A stretch of 63,154 nt of DNA, the filler included, from Octopus bimaculoides (lineage: Eukaryota), in assembly GCF_001194135.2 (NCBI RefSeq). It is 6 parts of 5 records of this genome, joined end to end, with 100 filler letters (N's around TTAATTAATTAA, not from the genome) between each part and the next. Parts side by side here need not be neighbours in the genome. Positions count along the whole stretch, not along the records: positions 1 to 10,526 come from NC_068982.1; positions 10,627 to 23,930 come from NC_068982.1; 4 more parts are not named here. One strand, given 5' to 3'. Below, in pieces: positions 1 to 13,299 of this stretch. Each line of letters starts with the position of its first letter. Position 1 is the stretch's first letter. A program made the translations under genes and the position numbers. Under the pieces are notes generated by a model. The model was given only the letters and a program-made list of their open reading frames with translations. It was not told the origin of the DNA and did no database searches.

Positions 1-460
1 TAATAATGGTAACAATAAAAACTATCAGCAGAAAAGGAGATCTATAATTATTAACTTTTGATTCTCTTATCTTGAGACTGACCAGATTAAATGGAAATAA
101 AATGCAATTCTTCTATCTTGACTGTGTTACTTTCCTACATACGTATGTGATTTGTTACAGAAAAATGTAAACAAATCTCGGATTCCAGAAATTCACGTAT
201 TTAGTTTGTGAGTAATCTAAAAAATTACATTGGCTCATACATTTGGCCTGATGTTGGACTTTTGACGTCGCAAAATTCCTTACGAATTCTGGAAAATTGA
301 TCGAATTAAAATATTTCTAAGTATAATATATTGGTAGTAATATATTTAACTCGGAGACAACTTAAATTTCAATGCAACCGATTTAATCGATCTAATTGGA
401 GTTTTAAAAGGTTATAACACATCTTAACAAGCCGGAACCTTATTATATCTATTACATAAA

Positions 461-607
461 CCCCAGCACCAAACTAGTACTTATTTCATCGACCCCGAAA
501 GGATGAAAAGCAAAGTCGACCTCGGCGGAATTTGACCTCAGAACGTTAAGCCAGAAGAAATCCCGCTAAGCATTTTGCTCGGTGTGCTAACGCTTCTGTT
601 CGCTGCC
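461..607 (-). mobile_element. tRNA-derived SINE fragment (family A)
   Basis: Reverse complement matches the 8242-8468 copy (GAGGTCGACTTTGCYTTTCATCCTTTCGGGGTCGAT...AAGTAC core). Confidence 0.85.
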
Positions 608-2279
608 TCTTTCATTTAGTGTTATCTGGTTATAAGAGGTACGATCTAATAGTATTCGAGTTTATAATTGTTCGTGTGGTCAAAACCTTCTGAACGGGAG
701 GTGACATCACCCTTCTCGCGAATGCTCAAAAACGTTCGCGAGAGTAAGCCGTCGCAGTTCCCGGCCGTTACCCCCAGAGTAACTTAAATAGTAAAAACGA
801 GGGCTTAGAAAATATAATGGAGAAGAATACCAGGTACAGAGAACAGGTTAGGATAATTAGGTATAAATTTGAGGAGGGTCTCTCGAAATCGATTAATACT
901 TTCATAATTACGTCTGAATTAAAATGTTAGGGTGGAAGATTTTGAGGAACGGCGGTAAAGGATAATCGGTTTGTCATTGGCATGAATCAGATGGAGGAAC
1001 AGGATGATGGAGGAATGAGTAAGCAGGAACTTAAGGGATATTTAGTATATTGCAAAATAAATACATTATAGTACCTGCAGATTAGACCAATGGGAATTTT
1101 TGTAATTTATAAAAAAATACCACTAAATGATATTTGGTAAAGAATCAGATTTCGGATATCACTTTTGCATTAAAGGTAGTAGTGTTTATATTCATTATTT
1201 ACAATATTTTTGTTGTTTTTTATTATTGAATTTAATCATTTTGTTTTGAAAATGTAAAGGTCAAGTACAAAGTCCTGTATTTAATGCCTTAGTAATTGGG
1301 TGTATCAAGTTATTCACAAAAGTATATGGGTAGGTAGTAAGGTTAAGTTGGTCATTTCTTTTCTTGCTTTTGTTATTTAGAGCATTTCATGTTTTCATTT
1401 GTAAGGTTGGAGTCATTAGTCAGGCACGTCATAGCTTTGATAGTATAGAAAACAGTTTCTCTGGTACTTTGGTGTTCACAAATGTATTTGAGGAAAGTTT
1501 GTATGGCTATGTTTGTCCTGATGATGTCTTCAGCTAACTGGATCCGAATCCACCAAGGGAAGGTATGTCGGAAGAAAGTAATTCAACAACGCGGGTTGAT
1601 GAACCGTAAGACGTGTGGCCAGAACCTCCTGGAAAATAACCATAGCGAGGGACATTCCACAGTTGAATTAGAACAGTCACAAACAGTGAAAGAAGACATG
1701 CACCCAACACCAGAGCTGAAGACACCTCCAAAAGGGGGTGGCCCCNNNNNNNNNNNNNNNNNNNNNNNNNNNNNNNNNNNNNNNNNNNNNNNNNNNNNNN
1801 NNNNNNNNNNNNNNNNNNNNNNNNNNNNNNNNNNNNNNNNNNNNNNNNNNNNNNNNNNNNNNNNNNNNNNNNNNNNNNNNNNNNNNNNNNNNNNNNNNNN
1901 NNNNNNNNNNNNNNNNNNNNNNNNNNNNNNNNNNNNNNNNNNNNNNNNNNNNNNNNNNNNNNNNNNNNNNNNNNNNNNNNNNNNNNNNNNNNNNNNNNNN
2001 NNNNNNNNNNNNNNNNNNNNNNNNNNNNNNNNNNNNNNNNNNNNNNNNNNNNNNNNNNNNNNNNNNNNNNNNNNNNNNNNNNNNATATATATGCGTATAT
2101 GGATGCATGCGTATTTGTATATCTGTACACATATGCATACATGTATAACAATAAATATATGTACATATATTTGTACGTAGGTGCGTGGTGTATACATGTT
2201 TTATGCTTTATTAGTTTGAGCTCAAAGCTCTGGCTATGCTGGGGCACCACTGTTTTGCTACGCTGTTATTACTGAGAGC

Positions 2280-2835
2280 CTCCTCTGAGATGTGGCATTT
2301 GGTCAATAAGGAGGTTTGATGTCGCTACCCTCATTTGCACCTCCTGTCGCGAGGTAGGTTCATCTGTGTCTCTCGACAGAAAGAAATCTAGTTCTGATTT
2401 AGAAACACCACTTTGTGTAGGTCCCTCAGGTTCTTTGGGAGAATATTAAAAAGTTGTGGGCTCCTGAAATCCTGGCTGTAGCAGTAACTGGCCCTAAGCG
2501 CGATGACATTGTTGGGATCTTTGGTACTGTGCAGTAGCGACCCGTTCTGGCATTTGTGTAGCTTTCAGTGTCAAAATTTAGCACAGTCCCTTCTAGGATC
2601 TTCCAAATGTATATTACTGCATATCTCTCCCGCCTTCGCTCCAGGGAGTAGAGTCTTAACTGTTTCAGCCTTTCCCTGTAGCTGAGCTGTTGCAATGAAT
2701 CGCTCTTCTTTGTGAAGCTTCGCTGGATTACTTCAAGGTCTGCTATTAATTCTAGACTGTGGGGTAACCATAGCTAGGAGTAGTAGTTCAGGCAGCTGAA
2801 GACAAATGTCCTTCAGAAGACCATCATTGTCTCCT
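2280..2835 (-). mobile_element. CR1/L2-type LINE, ORF2 C-terminal remnant
   Basis: Minus-strand frames give DLEVIQRSFTKK..LQQLSYRERLKQLRLYSLERRRERYAVIYIWKILEG and SPQLFNILPKNLRDLH...KSELDFFLS...DEPT, typical of the CR1-group ORF2 end; frameshifted. Confidence 0.85.
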
Positions 2836-3003
2836 TCTCTATATATATGCATATATATNNNNNNNNNNNNNNNNNNNNNNNNNNNNNNNNNNNNNNNNNN
2901 NNNNNNNNNNNNNNNNNNNNNNNNNNNNNNNNNNNNNNNNNNNNNNNNNNNNNNNNNNNNNNNNNNNNNNNNNNNNNNNNNNNNNNNNNNNNNNNNNNNN
3001 NNT

Positions 3004-3035
<32 letters not shown>

Positions 3036-3540
3036 GTATGTATATGTATATGCATATACGTAAGAATACAGAAACACACACACACACACACACAACTCTG
3101 TGTAACTTTTTGTACATCCCGCTTCTGTCTCTCTCTGTTTTATTCATATTATGCCTCGTGAATTTAATCAAGTTAAGCTCGAAGTGGTTGCAAATTAAAA
3201 CATTGGTTGCATTTAAGTGAAGCATTTTATGCTATAATACACTATAAATTATGTTTTAATCCCTATGCTCCAGTGAAAAAAAAGCGCTTCCTACATTCGA
3301 GATTTCGATCTGGTAATTATATATGTTACACTCCAATCAAATATTCAAATTGCTTTAATTATATCAGTAGACCTTGTAGGGAGTCAGATTTGTTCAATAT
3401 TGTTAAAACTCAGCTGAACCAGGCTCCTTGTTGTGATATGAAGAGGAATTAACTTTGAACGGAAGACATCAAATGTAACGAATATATGGCATGGCATTAT
3501 GGTAAGAATTTCGTAGACGGAAACTTAAAGAATTTTGTCT

Positions 3541-3585
<45 letters not shown>

Positions 3586-3604
3586 ACACACACACGTGTA
3601 TGTG

Positions 3605-3637
<33 letters not shown>

Positions 3638-3660
3638 GTGTGTGTGTGTGTGTGAGTGTG
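3541..3660. repeat. (CA)n followed by (TG)n microsatellite, imperfect palindrome
   Basis: Read directly; centre near ACACACGTGTAT at about 3590-3600. Confidence 0.9.
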
Positions 3661-3810
3661 TTTGCGTCTTTATATTTGTACCCCCATCGCCGATTGACAG
3701 TCGTTGTATTGTGTTTACCTCCCAGTAACCTAGCGGTTCGATGAAGGAAACGACTGAATAAGTACCAGACTTTAAAAAGTTAATACGTAACGGGGTCCAT
3801 TCGTTCGACT
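3655..3810 (+). mobile_element. SINE 3' portion (family B)
   Basis: GTAACCTAGCGGTTCG...GAATAAGTACCAG is similar to the reverse complement of 20750-20820. Confidence 0.6.
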
Positions 3811-5043
3811 GGATATTTTTTTCTATTGACTAAAACCAATAAAACTCAAAGAAAGGAATAAAAACTTTAACTTTTGTAATGGACATTGAAGTAGTCGAAC
3901 ATGGCACAGTCTTTTTTAGAAGGACAGCGAAGCAAAATACAGAACACATCTCCAAACATTTTGAAAGTATCACATTGAGATGTCTTTCATGGTATGCTAC
4001 TGCATAACAAAATATATTAAGAATAAATTAGTTCTGGGTTGTGAAATTCATTATAGTTGAATTATGTCGTTAAATAAGGTTGGCAGTTATCTGAAGCTGA
4101 AATATTTGCTCTGACATTGGAAAAAAACTGTGATGAACAATTTCCAACCCGGTGATGTAGACCCCGGGCGCTTTTCCTTTCCCATTCTTATAAACATAGC
4201 ACAGTAATTGAGAATAGTTTGACTCCGATTGTTTTGGGCGTAGTACGTGAAAGAGCTAAATAGCCAGAACAGTTCCCAGCAATCAGAAATGTTCATTTTT
4301 CTGGGATTATTAAACTGCGTTAGGAATTAAATTTCGTGTCATAAGTTATTAAGTTTGTTTTAGTTGAGATTTGTTACAATAAGTCGTAGCTTAATAGTCA
4401 TATCTGATTTTGAATGGGTGTATCATTAAAACGTTGTAAATTCATAGTTCCTTAGAGCATGTTATTCGTTGGCCATAACTATTCGTTTCTGAATATATTT
4501 GTGATATATAGCAGTGTTTGTGGTTATAGTGTATCTTTGTTGATTAGTTTAATTTATTTCAATTGTATTTTATTATTTTATTCTACATAGGTGTTATTTA
4601 ATTATTGATTGAACTGTTGATTGACTTCAGTAGTTATTGATTTTGTAATTCATTTTCATGATTTGTTTTTGTATTACATTGAAATTGAGTTGGTTTAAGT
4701 TTGTAATTATCACCTGGGTGCAAAGTAATAGATTTGCAAATTCCCAGGCAGCATTAGATTATATGTTTCTAACGCTTTTTGGCAGCGGCAGAGTTAGCCA
4801 TCTTATAGATGTTGTAATCACGTTTATAGCCGCTAGGCTGAGGAGGAGGAGGAGGAGGAGGAGAGAGTTGTTGGTTTGTTAACTTTACTACTTTAGTTGC
4901 ATATGTTTCTTAGGCTATCTTATTGAGTATAGAGGTATATGTATATAAGTGTTTGAATATGTGCACGTATGTGCTTTCATGCATATAGATGTATACATAC
5001 ATGTATATGCATGTATATACATATTTATGTACCGGTATATATG

Positions 5044-5080
<37 letters not shown>

Positions 5081-5085
5081 GTGCA

Positions 5086-5140
<55 letters not shown>

Positions 5141-5769
5141 NNNNNNNNNNNNNNNNNNNNNNNNNNNNNNNNNNNNNNNNNNNNNNNNNNNNNNNNNNNN
5201 NNNNNNNNNNNNNNNNNNNNNNNNNNNNNNNNNNNNNNNNNNNNNNNNNNNNNNNNNNNNNNNNNNNNNNNNNNNNNNNNNNNNNNNNNNNNNNNNNNNN
5301 NNNNNNNNNNNNNNNNNNNNNNNNNNNNNNNNNNNNNNNNNNNNNNNNNNNNNNNNNNNNNNNNNNNNNNNNNNNNNNNNNNNNNNNNNNNNNNNNNNNN
5401 NNNNNNNNNNNNNNNNNNNNNNNNNNNNNNNNNNNNNNNNNNNNNNNNNNNNNNNNNNNNNNNNNNNNNNNNNNNNNNNNNNNNNNNNNNNNNNNNNNNN
5501 NNNNNNNNNNNNNNNNNNNNNNNNNNNNNNNNNNNNNNNNNNNNNNNNNNATATATATATATATGTTTGTATGTATCCTTATGTAAAAAACAGTATGGCA
5601 CATGAAAAAAAAAAAAAGCTTAGATTAAAGAATCAGTTTCCAACATATTGTTAAGCGCCTCTATACTCCTTCCTATTTGTTCAAACACCTCATTCTGTTC
5701 TTCGCATCTTTTTATTCGTTTGCTCTTTTTGCGTATGTATTGTTTTTAATCGTTCTATTCAACTTGCTC

Positions 5770-5787
5770 ATCTACTACTACTACTAC

Positions 5788-5819
<32 letters not shown>

Positions 5820-6460
5820 CTTCTTCTTCTTCTTCTTCTTCTTCTTCTTCTTCTTCTTCCTTTCTCAATACTCGTGTCCTTTCAAACAATTTTGCTTCTC
5901 TTATTTCTTTCATTCTTTTCTGCTATATCATTCATACGATGCAGAAAGAAAACCAGTTACAACATTCTTCTTTCTTCTTTCTTTTATACTTTCATTCTCT
6001 TTACCTTTTCTCTATTTCTTTCTGTTACTCAAAGTCTTTCATTCATTTTTCATTCTGCCTATTTCTCATTCTCTTAGACGCTTCGATTTTCTTGTTCTCT
6101 TTTTTTCCCTTTTCATTCATTCTTTCTTTTTCTTTCTTTGTCGCCTTCTTTTCCTATTTCCTTTCACTTTCGTTCGTTCTTTCTTTTTCTCTGTCTCTTT
6201 CTCACTCTTTTGTTTGTCTCTTTCTTTCTTCTTTCCATTTTCGTTTCTTTCTTTCTTGTCACTTTCGTTTTTCTTTATCAATATCGTTCTTTATCTTCTT
6301 TCTCATTTTCGTCTTTTTCTTTCTCACTTTCTCTTTGTTTCGTTCTTCCTTTCTCTCTTTCACTCTGTTTCTTTCTCCAACAATTCTTGTTCCTTGCTTT
6401 CCTTACATTTTCTTTTCTTTCTGATCCCCACCTCTTCCCGATGACTTTGCTACAACAGCA

Positions 6461-6492
<32 letters not shown>

Positions 6493-6500
6493 GTCTAGTA
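5770..6500. repeat. (CTA)n, (TTC)n and CT-rich low-complexity tract
   Basis: Read directly; explains the Phe/Ser/Leu-rich ORFs in the track. Confidence 0.9.
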
Positions 6501-6765
6501 CAACACCAAGAACATAGCTTTCTATTTTTTATTCATCCTCCATCAATCATACCCTCAAGAAAAGCCCCCCCCCAAAAAAAAAACACTTGACAGTCAATGT
6601 TAGGCAAGTGCAGGACAGCCTCCATGAGAAATACGCTGCAATTTTCTTTTATATTTCGCATCTATTGTCAGTCCCAGATTTTTGTAATATCCTCCTCCAC
6701 CACCCCACCATCATCATCATGATCATCATAATATTCATCAAGCAGCTGTATTGGTGGCAGTATCA

Positions 6766-6766
<1 letters not shown>

Positions 6767-6838
<72 letters not shown>
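6767..6838. repeat. (ATT)n microsatellite
   Basis: Read directly. Confidence 0.95.
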
Positions 6839-7342
6839 CAGTAGTAGTAGTATCAGTAGCAGTAGTAGAAGTAGAAGTAAAGGGGGACAGCAGCCAGAAC
6901 AGTAGTATTAAACAGTATTAATGAGAAACACTGCAGTGGAAGCAGCTGCAACTTCAGCACCAATAGCAACATGAATAGTTGCAGCACTGGCAGCAGCTGC
7001 AGCAAAATCAGAATTTGCAGCAATAAGAGCAACCGCAATAGCAGCGGCAGCAGAGGGAGCAGCAGCAGTCTGGTTTTATCGCTAACTCGAGTCTGCTTTG
7101 CATTTTAAATAACAACTTCTTGCACTAATTTCTCCATGAAGAACCCTGGTTGGAAGAAGCTTGTATACACACACATGAACAAATCATGAACACACACAGG
7201 CAAGCACACACATGTGTATGGTTAAATAAATGCATATACACATACACAATGGAGCACAAATCCGCAAGTGCATACAAATGGACATTGAAAGATATATTAT
7301 AAATAAATAAATATAAATATATATATATAAATATATACATGA

Positions 7343-7449
<107 letters not shown>

Positions 7450-7636
7450 TATGTCTGTGTGTGTGTGTGTGTGTATATATGTGTGTGTGTATATATATAT
7501 ATATACATATATATACGTAATTATTCACGCGCTTCATGCCTATGCATTCACATGCTCGCACATCAATTTACATACACGTTTGCAAGAATAAATAAGAGTT
7601 TTCGTGCTTGGGAAATAATAATATGAGCCTCAAGCG

Positions 7637-7671
<35 letters not shown>

Positions 7672-8241
7672 CTTGTGGAGAGTGCACTGCAAGCCCTTTT
7701 ATTAAGGCGCAGCAGCGTGCCTGTTGATAATACACGCACATGCCACATGCACAAAGGAACAAGCACGTAACATCAAATGTGTATATGCAGATGCATATCG
7801 CTGCCTGTGTACTTGCTCTATCTATCACAAAGTCACTCGCACTCACTCGCATATATATTCACAGCACAAATATTTACAAGCATGTATGCACGCACATCAA
7901 GCTTAAAAGCTCACAATGCATATACTGCCCACGCATGCGTGATTACATATGCATGCACGCATTTTCATGCATGTATGCATATGCATTCAGACATTTCGTG
8001 CACCAAGTGGAAGTGCAATAATCGCAGACAATGACAAGCACTAACGTGCAACTTCATCAGGTCCCAAACGAAAGCCATCGGTTATGTTTGTCTGTGCGAC
8101 TTTCTGTCTGCACCTTTTTTTAGTTAGTCTCTGTTTCCTGCGTAGATTTATAGATGAATATAAGTCTCACATGCCTACACATGGATAATTGCAGATACAT
8201 TATGTACAAAAGTTAGTTTAAAATTACTCTCATACACATAT

Positions 8242-8468
8242 GAGCTGGCAGAAACGTTAGCACGCTGGGCGAAATGCTTAGCGGTATTTCGTCTGCCGCT
8301 ACGTTCTGAGTTCAAATTCCGCCGAGGTCGACTTTGCCTTTCATCCTTTCGGGGTCGATTAAATAAGTACCAGTTACGAACTGGTGTCGATATAATCGAC
8401 TTAATCCGTTTGTCTATCCTTGTTTGTCCCCTCTCTGTGTAGCCCCTTGTGGGTAGTAAAGAAATAAC
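8242..8468 (+). mobile_element. tRNA-derived SINE (family A), near full length
   Basis: Head GAGCTGGCAGAAACGTTAGC..., B-box-like GAGTTCAAATTCC, core shared with copies at 461, 14798, 16063 and 59774. Confidence 0.9.
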
Positions 8469-8739
8469 ACATATGACTACAACCAATATATTATATATAC
8501 ATTTGTGTGTGTGTGCGCGCGCTTGTGCTTACTAGCTCAGAGAGAAGATATTTTTTCCAACGGTTTATTGTACATGTAAAACATTTAGTTGTATATACGC
8601 ATAATCGCTAATATACCGAGAGCAATACACACGGGTAGGCTAGCAACCGCATGAAATAAATACACATAAAATTGAACATTGTCACTTTTTCTGTCTACTT
8701 AACTCTCTCTCTATCTGTGTGTGTGTGTGTGTGTATAAT

Positions 8740-8900
8740 TTGTTTTCATTTTCTCTCTGTCTATTTTCTCTTATTCCCTTCTATTGACGAACGTAGGGTC
8801 GAAACGTAAAAGACTTACTCATTTTTCCCGAGCGTCGAACTAATACGTTTGCTTGTGGTTCATACACCTGTCGTCGTCTTTTGTTTTTCTATAGGTTTCA
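8740..8900 (+). repeat. Dispersed repeat with degenerate hammerhead-like motif (possibly Penelope pLTR-derived)
   Basis: TTGACGA-ACGTAGGGTC-GAAACGT at about 8785-8808; the 3' part (AACTAATAC...GTTCATACA.CTGTC.TCGTCTTTTGTTTTTCT) recurs at 56640-56700. Confidence 0.45.
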
Positions 8901-10230
8901 GCTCCCCCCCACACACACCATCATATATATATATATCTAAGAATAATTACAAAGATTAGATAACTGTATGGTTAGAATAAAGACACTTCTATTCGTTTTG
9001 CACCTGCAGCCAAGAAAAATATAGTAAACACACAAATGAACAGTTTCACTGTTTGTTGATCGTTCTGCACAGCCGACTGCCGATGTAGCCAAATCCTTTC
9101 TCCAAGCGATAGCACAAGTTGTATAGAACGCTATGTAAAAAAAGGCATTAATTCGGCTTGCACTTCCATATTTAATGTTTCCACAGTTTTTTGGTTAAAT
9201 AGACATATATTTTATGAACAATAGAGCGTGAATCTTAAATGAAACAATCTTACGTATTACGAAAATTAGCTTTATTTCAATTATCCTGATTCACAGAGTC
9301 ACCTAGTCCATACAGCGATTCTCCAATTTGGAAGAAACATATTTCCCGGACTTCCTTATCTAAGACAAGATTAACATCTGAAGCGTTACTCACTGATGCA
9401 ATTCCCTACTTCAAAAGGTCTGATAATTGTCAGATAATCCGTCCCATTGATGTATCAAACTGGTGGTAATCTGGATATGAATAATTGTCAAAGAAACACA
9501 CAAAAGCATACACGCATGCGCATTCTACAGTATTCACTGTACTGCATTATATAGGGAATATGTATTTCACGCAGATTTCGAACATTATATAAAGCAAAAA
9601 CTACTAGCTTATCGATAATTAATTTTTGGATCTTTCCTAGGAATGAATTTCTCGATATATATTATAAATATTCTAGGTATAGTGTACTACAATCCGTGTA
9701 GTATCATATGAATACATAGAGCCTTACCAGATTCCTGTAAAGTGATGAAAACTCTTCATCTCTCTCTCTCTCTCTCTCATGTATATACGTATATATATAT
9801 GTCTATGGAGAGGGGAAGAGCTCATCCGTGATTGTTGTCAAACTGAATAAAATAAAAGTCGACCTACTTCCTTTCTGTTATACTTATAGCGATAAATTTA
9901 CGAGGTATAACATTTAAGAGAGATATCATAAAAAATTAGGTATCACAGTTATTTCGCAGCTTTACTTTGCAGTATTTTCAAAGAACAAAGACGCAGTTGT
10001 GTTTTCAGCTATCACTAAAAAACATTCTACAAAATCTATTTATGAATGTATTTCTAGACGGATGTCTTCTAGAGGGTTCAAAATTTTAATGGTGTATATC
10101 GTACCCATAATCTAGATAAGTTTAAATTATACTCTGCGAAACCGAAAGACTCTTTTGTCAGATAAAATCAATGAACAAAAAAGTACTCCATCTGGTAAGA
10201 GATAAATATCATTTAATAATAATAATAATG

Positions 10231-10272
<42 letters not shown>

Positions 10273-10280
10273 TATATATG

Positions 10281-10312
<32 letters not shown>

Positions 10313-10526
10313 AATATATATGTATATATATGTATATATATGTATATATATACATATATATATATATATGTATATATATGTATATATATGCACATATATA
10401 CATATATATATATATATGTATATATATGTATATATATGCACATGTATATGTATATATGTATGTATATATATATATATATGTATATATATATGCATGTATA
10501 TATATATGTGTATATATATGTATATA

Positions 10527-10626
10527 NNNNNNNNNNNNNNNNNNNNNNNNNNNNNNNNNNNNNNNNNNNNTTAATTAATTAANNNNNNNNNNNNNNNNNN
10601 NNNNNNNNNNNNNNNNNNNNNNNNNN
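10527..10626. other. Artificial 100-bp scaffold spacer (44 N + TTAATTAATTAA + 44 N); also at 23931, 54161, 59270 and 60668
   Basis: Five identical blocks; the 12-mer has stops in all six frames. Confidence 0.95.
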
Positions 10627-10636
10627 CACTAACGAT

Positions 10637-11845
10637 ATGAATGACAAAGATAAACATAACACATGTAATAGAAATACAATACGTCCCAAAGCCAAACCAC
10701 ATGACACCAAAAATACCAACAACAATGTAAACACCAATACCAATAATATTAAAAGGACGATTAAGGCTAACAACGAGACGAAACAGAAATACAATAACCA
10801 CCTGAACAAAACCAATATTAAGCAATACAACGATAAGTTTAGCATAAATTACAGGGAGACCCAGCAGACTAAAAGAAACCATATATCGGGCCCACAAATA
10901 CCTAACAGTACTAACAGGGAAAACAATGAAAAGACGCATATCAAAAATAAATCCAACTATAGAAATAAATTAGATAGCCGTAAAGAAAAATTCACTAGCC
11001 TTCCCAGTTATGATGGCAGCTTCTATACCAGATATGGCCATAATAGCAGCAAGAACAATAAGGATACGATCTGGCTGATCATTCCCTATAACATGAACCT
11101 CAAATCTAACATAGTCCACTCACTAGTGAGCATAATAGATAAACACCTCAATGTGAACAATAAATACGCGGAAATATTTAAGAACAAAATAAGAATAGGC
11201 CACAGCCCGACGTGTAACTTAGCTACCATAATAGCATCTATTAATAATAAGAAATTAGACGCATTCTATACAGCTAGAAACACCACGAACAACCAAATCA
11301 ACAACCCTCCAAATAATAGAACTAACTCCAACCCTAATCCAACACCCCTTACTAGGAGGGACGCATACCGAAAAAACAATAAGGCCACACAACAACACAC
11401 AGACATAGACACCCCTTATAACCTATGTGGCTATAGAGATAGGAATAAATGTAATTTCTCCAATAGATGCAAGACAGATAATATAGTTTGCCAATGTGAC
11501 GTACAAACAAACAGCTACACTAAATCTTACATAGGTGCAACGAAAAACCAAGTACGGCTTAGATATAACGAGCACCTATCTAGTTTTAAAAACAGAAATA
11601 AGGCAAATTCAACAGGGCTTAGTAGGTATATCTGGGAACTAAACGACAATAAGATAGAATATAAACTAAAGTGGCACATACTAAAAGTAGCTAATTCCTA
11701 TAACCCAACTAACAGACGCTGCCAACTCTGTTTAACCGAGTGCCTCGAAATCCTAACGGCTAAGAACGACCTATTAAACAGGAGATATGAATCTAGTCTA
11801 ATCTGTCTTCACGCTACTAAATACTCATTCTCTAAGTATAATTAA
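10637..11845 (+). mobile_element. Penelope-like element ORF: post-RT linker plus GIY-YIG endonuclease, open 402-aa frame
   Basis: IWLIIPYNMNLKSNI...IIDKH linker; Cys-rich CNFSNRCKTDNIVC; SYIGATKNQVRLRYNEHLSSF (YIG, Arg, His); LSRYIWEL; CQLCLTECLEIL...LLNRRYE...CLH. The 5' end is cut by an artificial spacer. Confidence 0.9.
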
Positions 11846-12912
11846 ATATATAATACATTACACGTCCTAAGCAAAACTAAATATGCATAAAATAATTTTC
11901 CTTCTAAGTATTATTAATTATAAGTAGGTACGAATAAGACCAGAGTTAGCCCCNNNNNNNNNNNNNNNNNNNNNNNNNNNNNNNNNNNNNNNNNNNNNNN
12001 NNNNNNNNNNNNNNNNNNNNNNNNNNNNNNNNNNNNNNNNNNNNNNNNNNNNNNNNNNNNNNNNNNNNNNNNNNNNNNNNNNNNNNNNNNNNNNNNNNNN
12101 NNNNNNNNNNNNNNNNNNNNNNNNNNNNNNNNNNNNNNNNNNNNNNNNNNNNNNNNNNNNNNNNNNNNNNNNNNNNNNNNNNNNNNNNNNNNNNNNNNNN
12201 NNNNNNNNNNNNNNNNNNNNNNNNNNNNNNNNNNNNNNNNNNNNNNNNNNNNNNNNNNNNNNNNNNNNNNNNNNNNNNNNNNNNNNNNNNNNNNNNNNNN
12301 NNNNNNNNNNNNNNNNNNNNNNNNNNNNNNNNNNNNNNNNNNNNNNNNNNNNNNNNNNNNNNNNNNNNNNNNNNNNNNNNNNNNNNNNNNNNNNNNNNNN
12401 NNNNNNNNNNNNNNNNNNNNNNNNNNNNNNNNNNNNNNNNNNNNNNNNNNNNNNNNNNNNNNNNNNNNNNNNNNNNNNNNNNNNNNNNNNNNNNNNNNNN
12501 NNNNNNNNNNNNNNNNNNNNNNNNNNNNNNNNNNNNNNNNNNNNNNNNNNNNNNNNNNNNNNNNNNNNNNNNNNNNNNNNNNNNNNNNNNNNNNNNNNNN
12601 NNNNNNNNNNNNNNNNNNNNNNNNNNNNNNNNNNNNNNNNNNNNNNNNNNNNNNNNNNNNNNNNNNNNNNNNNNNNNNNNNNNNNNNNNNNNNNNNNNNN
12701 NNNNNNNNNNNNNNNNNNNNNNNNNNNNNNNNNNNNNNNNNNNNNNNNNNNNNNNNNNNNNNNNNNNNNNNNNNNNNNNNNNNNNNNNNNNNNNNNNNNN
12801 NNNNNNNNNNNNNNNNNNNNNNNNNNNNNNNNNNNNNNNNNNNNNNNNNNNNNNNNNNNNNNNNNNNNNNNNNNNNNNNNNNNNNNNNNNNNNNNNNNNN
12901 NNNNNNNNNNNN

Positions 12913-12974
<62 letters not shown>

Positions 12975-13299
12975 AAGAGACATAGATCAAGAGGCTGATG
13001 TGTATTCCACACAGACGCGTGTGCCTTTAATCCCAGTCAAGACCGTCTTAGCACCATTATAGACCCAAAGGCAAATCAGTGCACTGGGCCCTAAAGTATT
13101 TATTTGTTGACAGCAAGACACTGTATATGTAACCTAGATAACTGAGGTAACTTAGGTGTGTTTCGGCCAAAAATTGGCCTTGGCCATATCTAACTTAAAA
13201 GCACCACTTGATAGGATCTGTTAAGTCATTTAAAAGTCAAGTTTTGTGATATCATGGCCCATTTACATAAGGAGTTGTTGACTGAGGTGCATCCAAGTT

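Noticed and set aside
1482-2250. Long ORFs crossing N gaps (also 4915-5654, 11914-13012, 18998-20058, 46804-47610)
   Set aside because: Length comes from Ns translated as X, flanked by (TA)n repeats.
5677-6590. Phe/Leu/Ser-rich ORFs resembling membrane proteins
   Set aside because: By-products of CT-rich low-complexity DNA; the same applies to YI, HT and CV repeat ORFs throughout the window.
12990-13080. Possible minus-strand hammerhead remnant near the Penelope-like ORF
   Set aside because: Core and GAAA are too degenerate to support.
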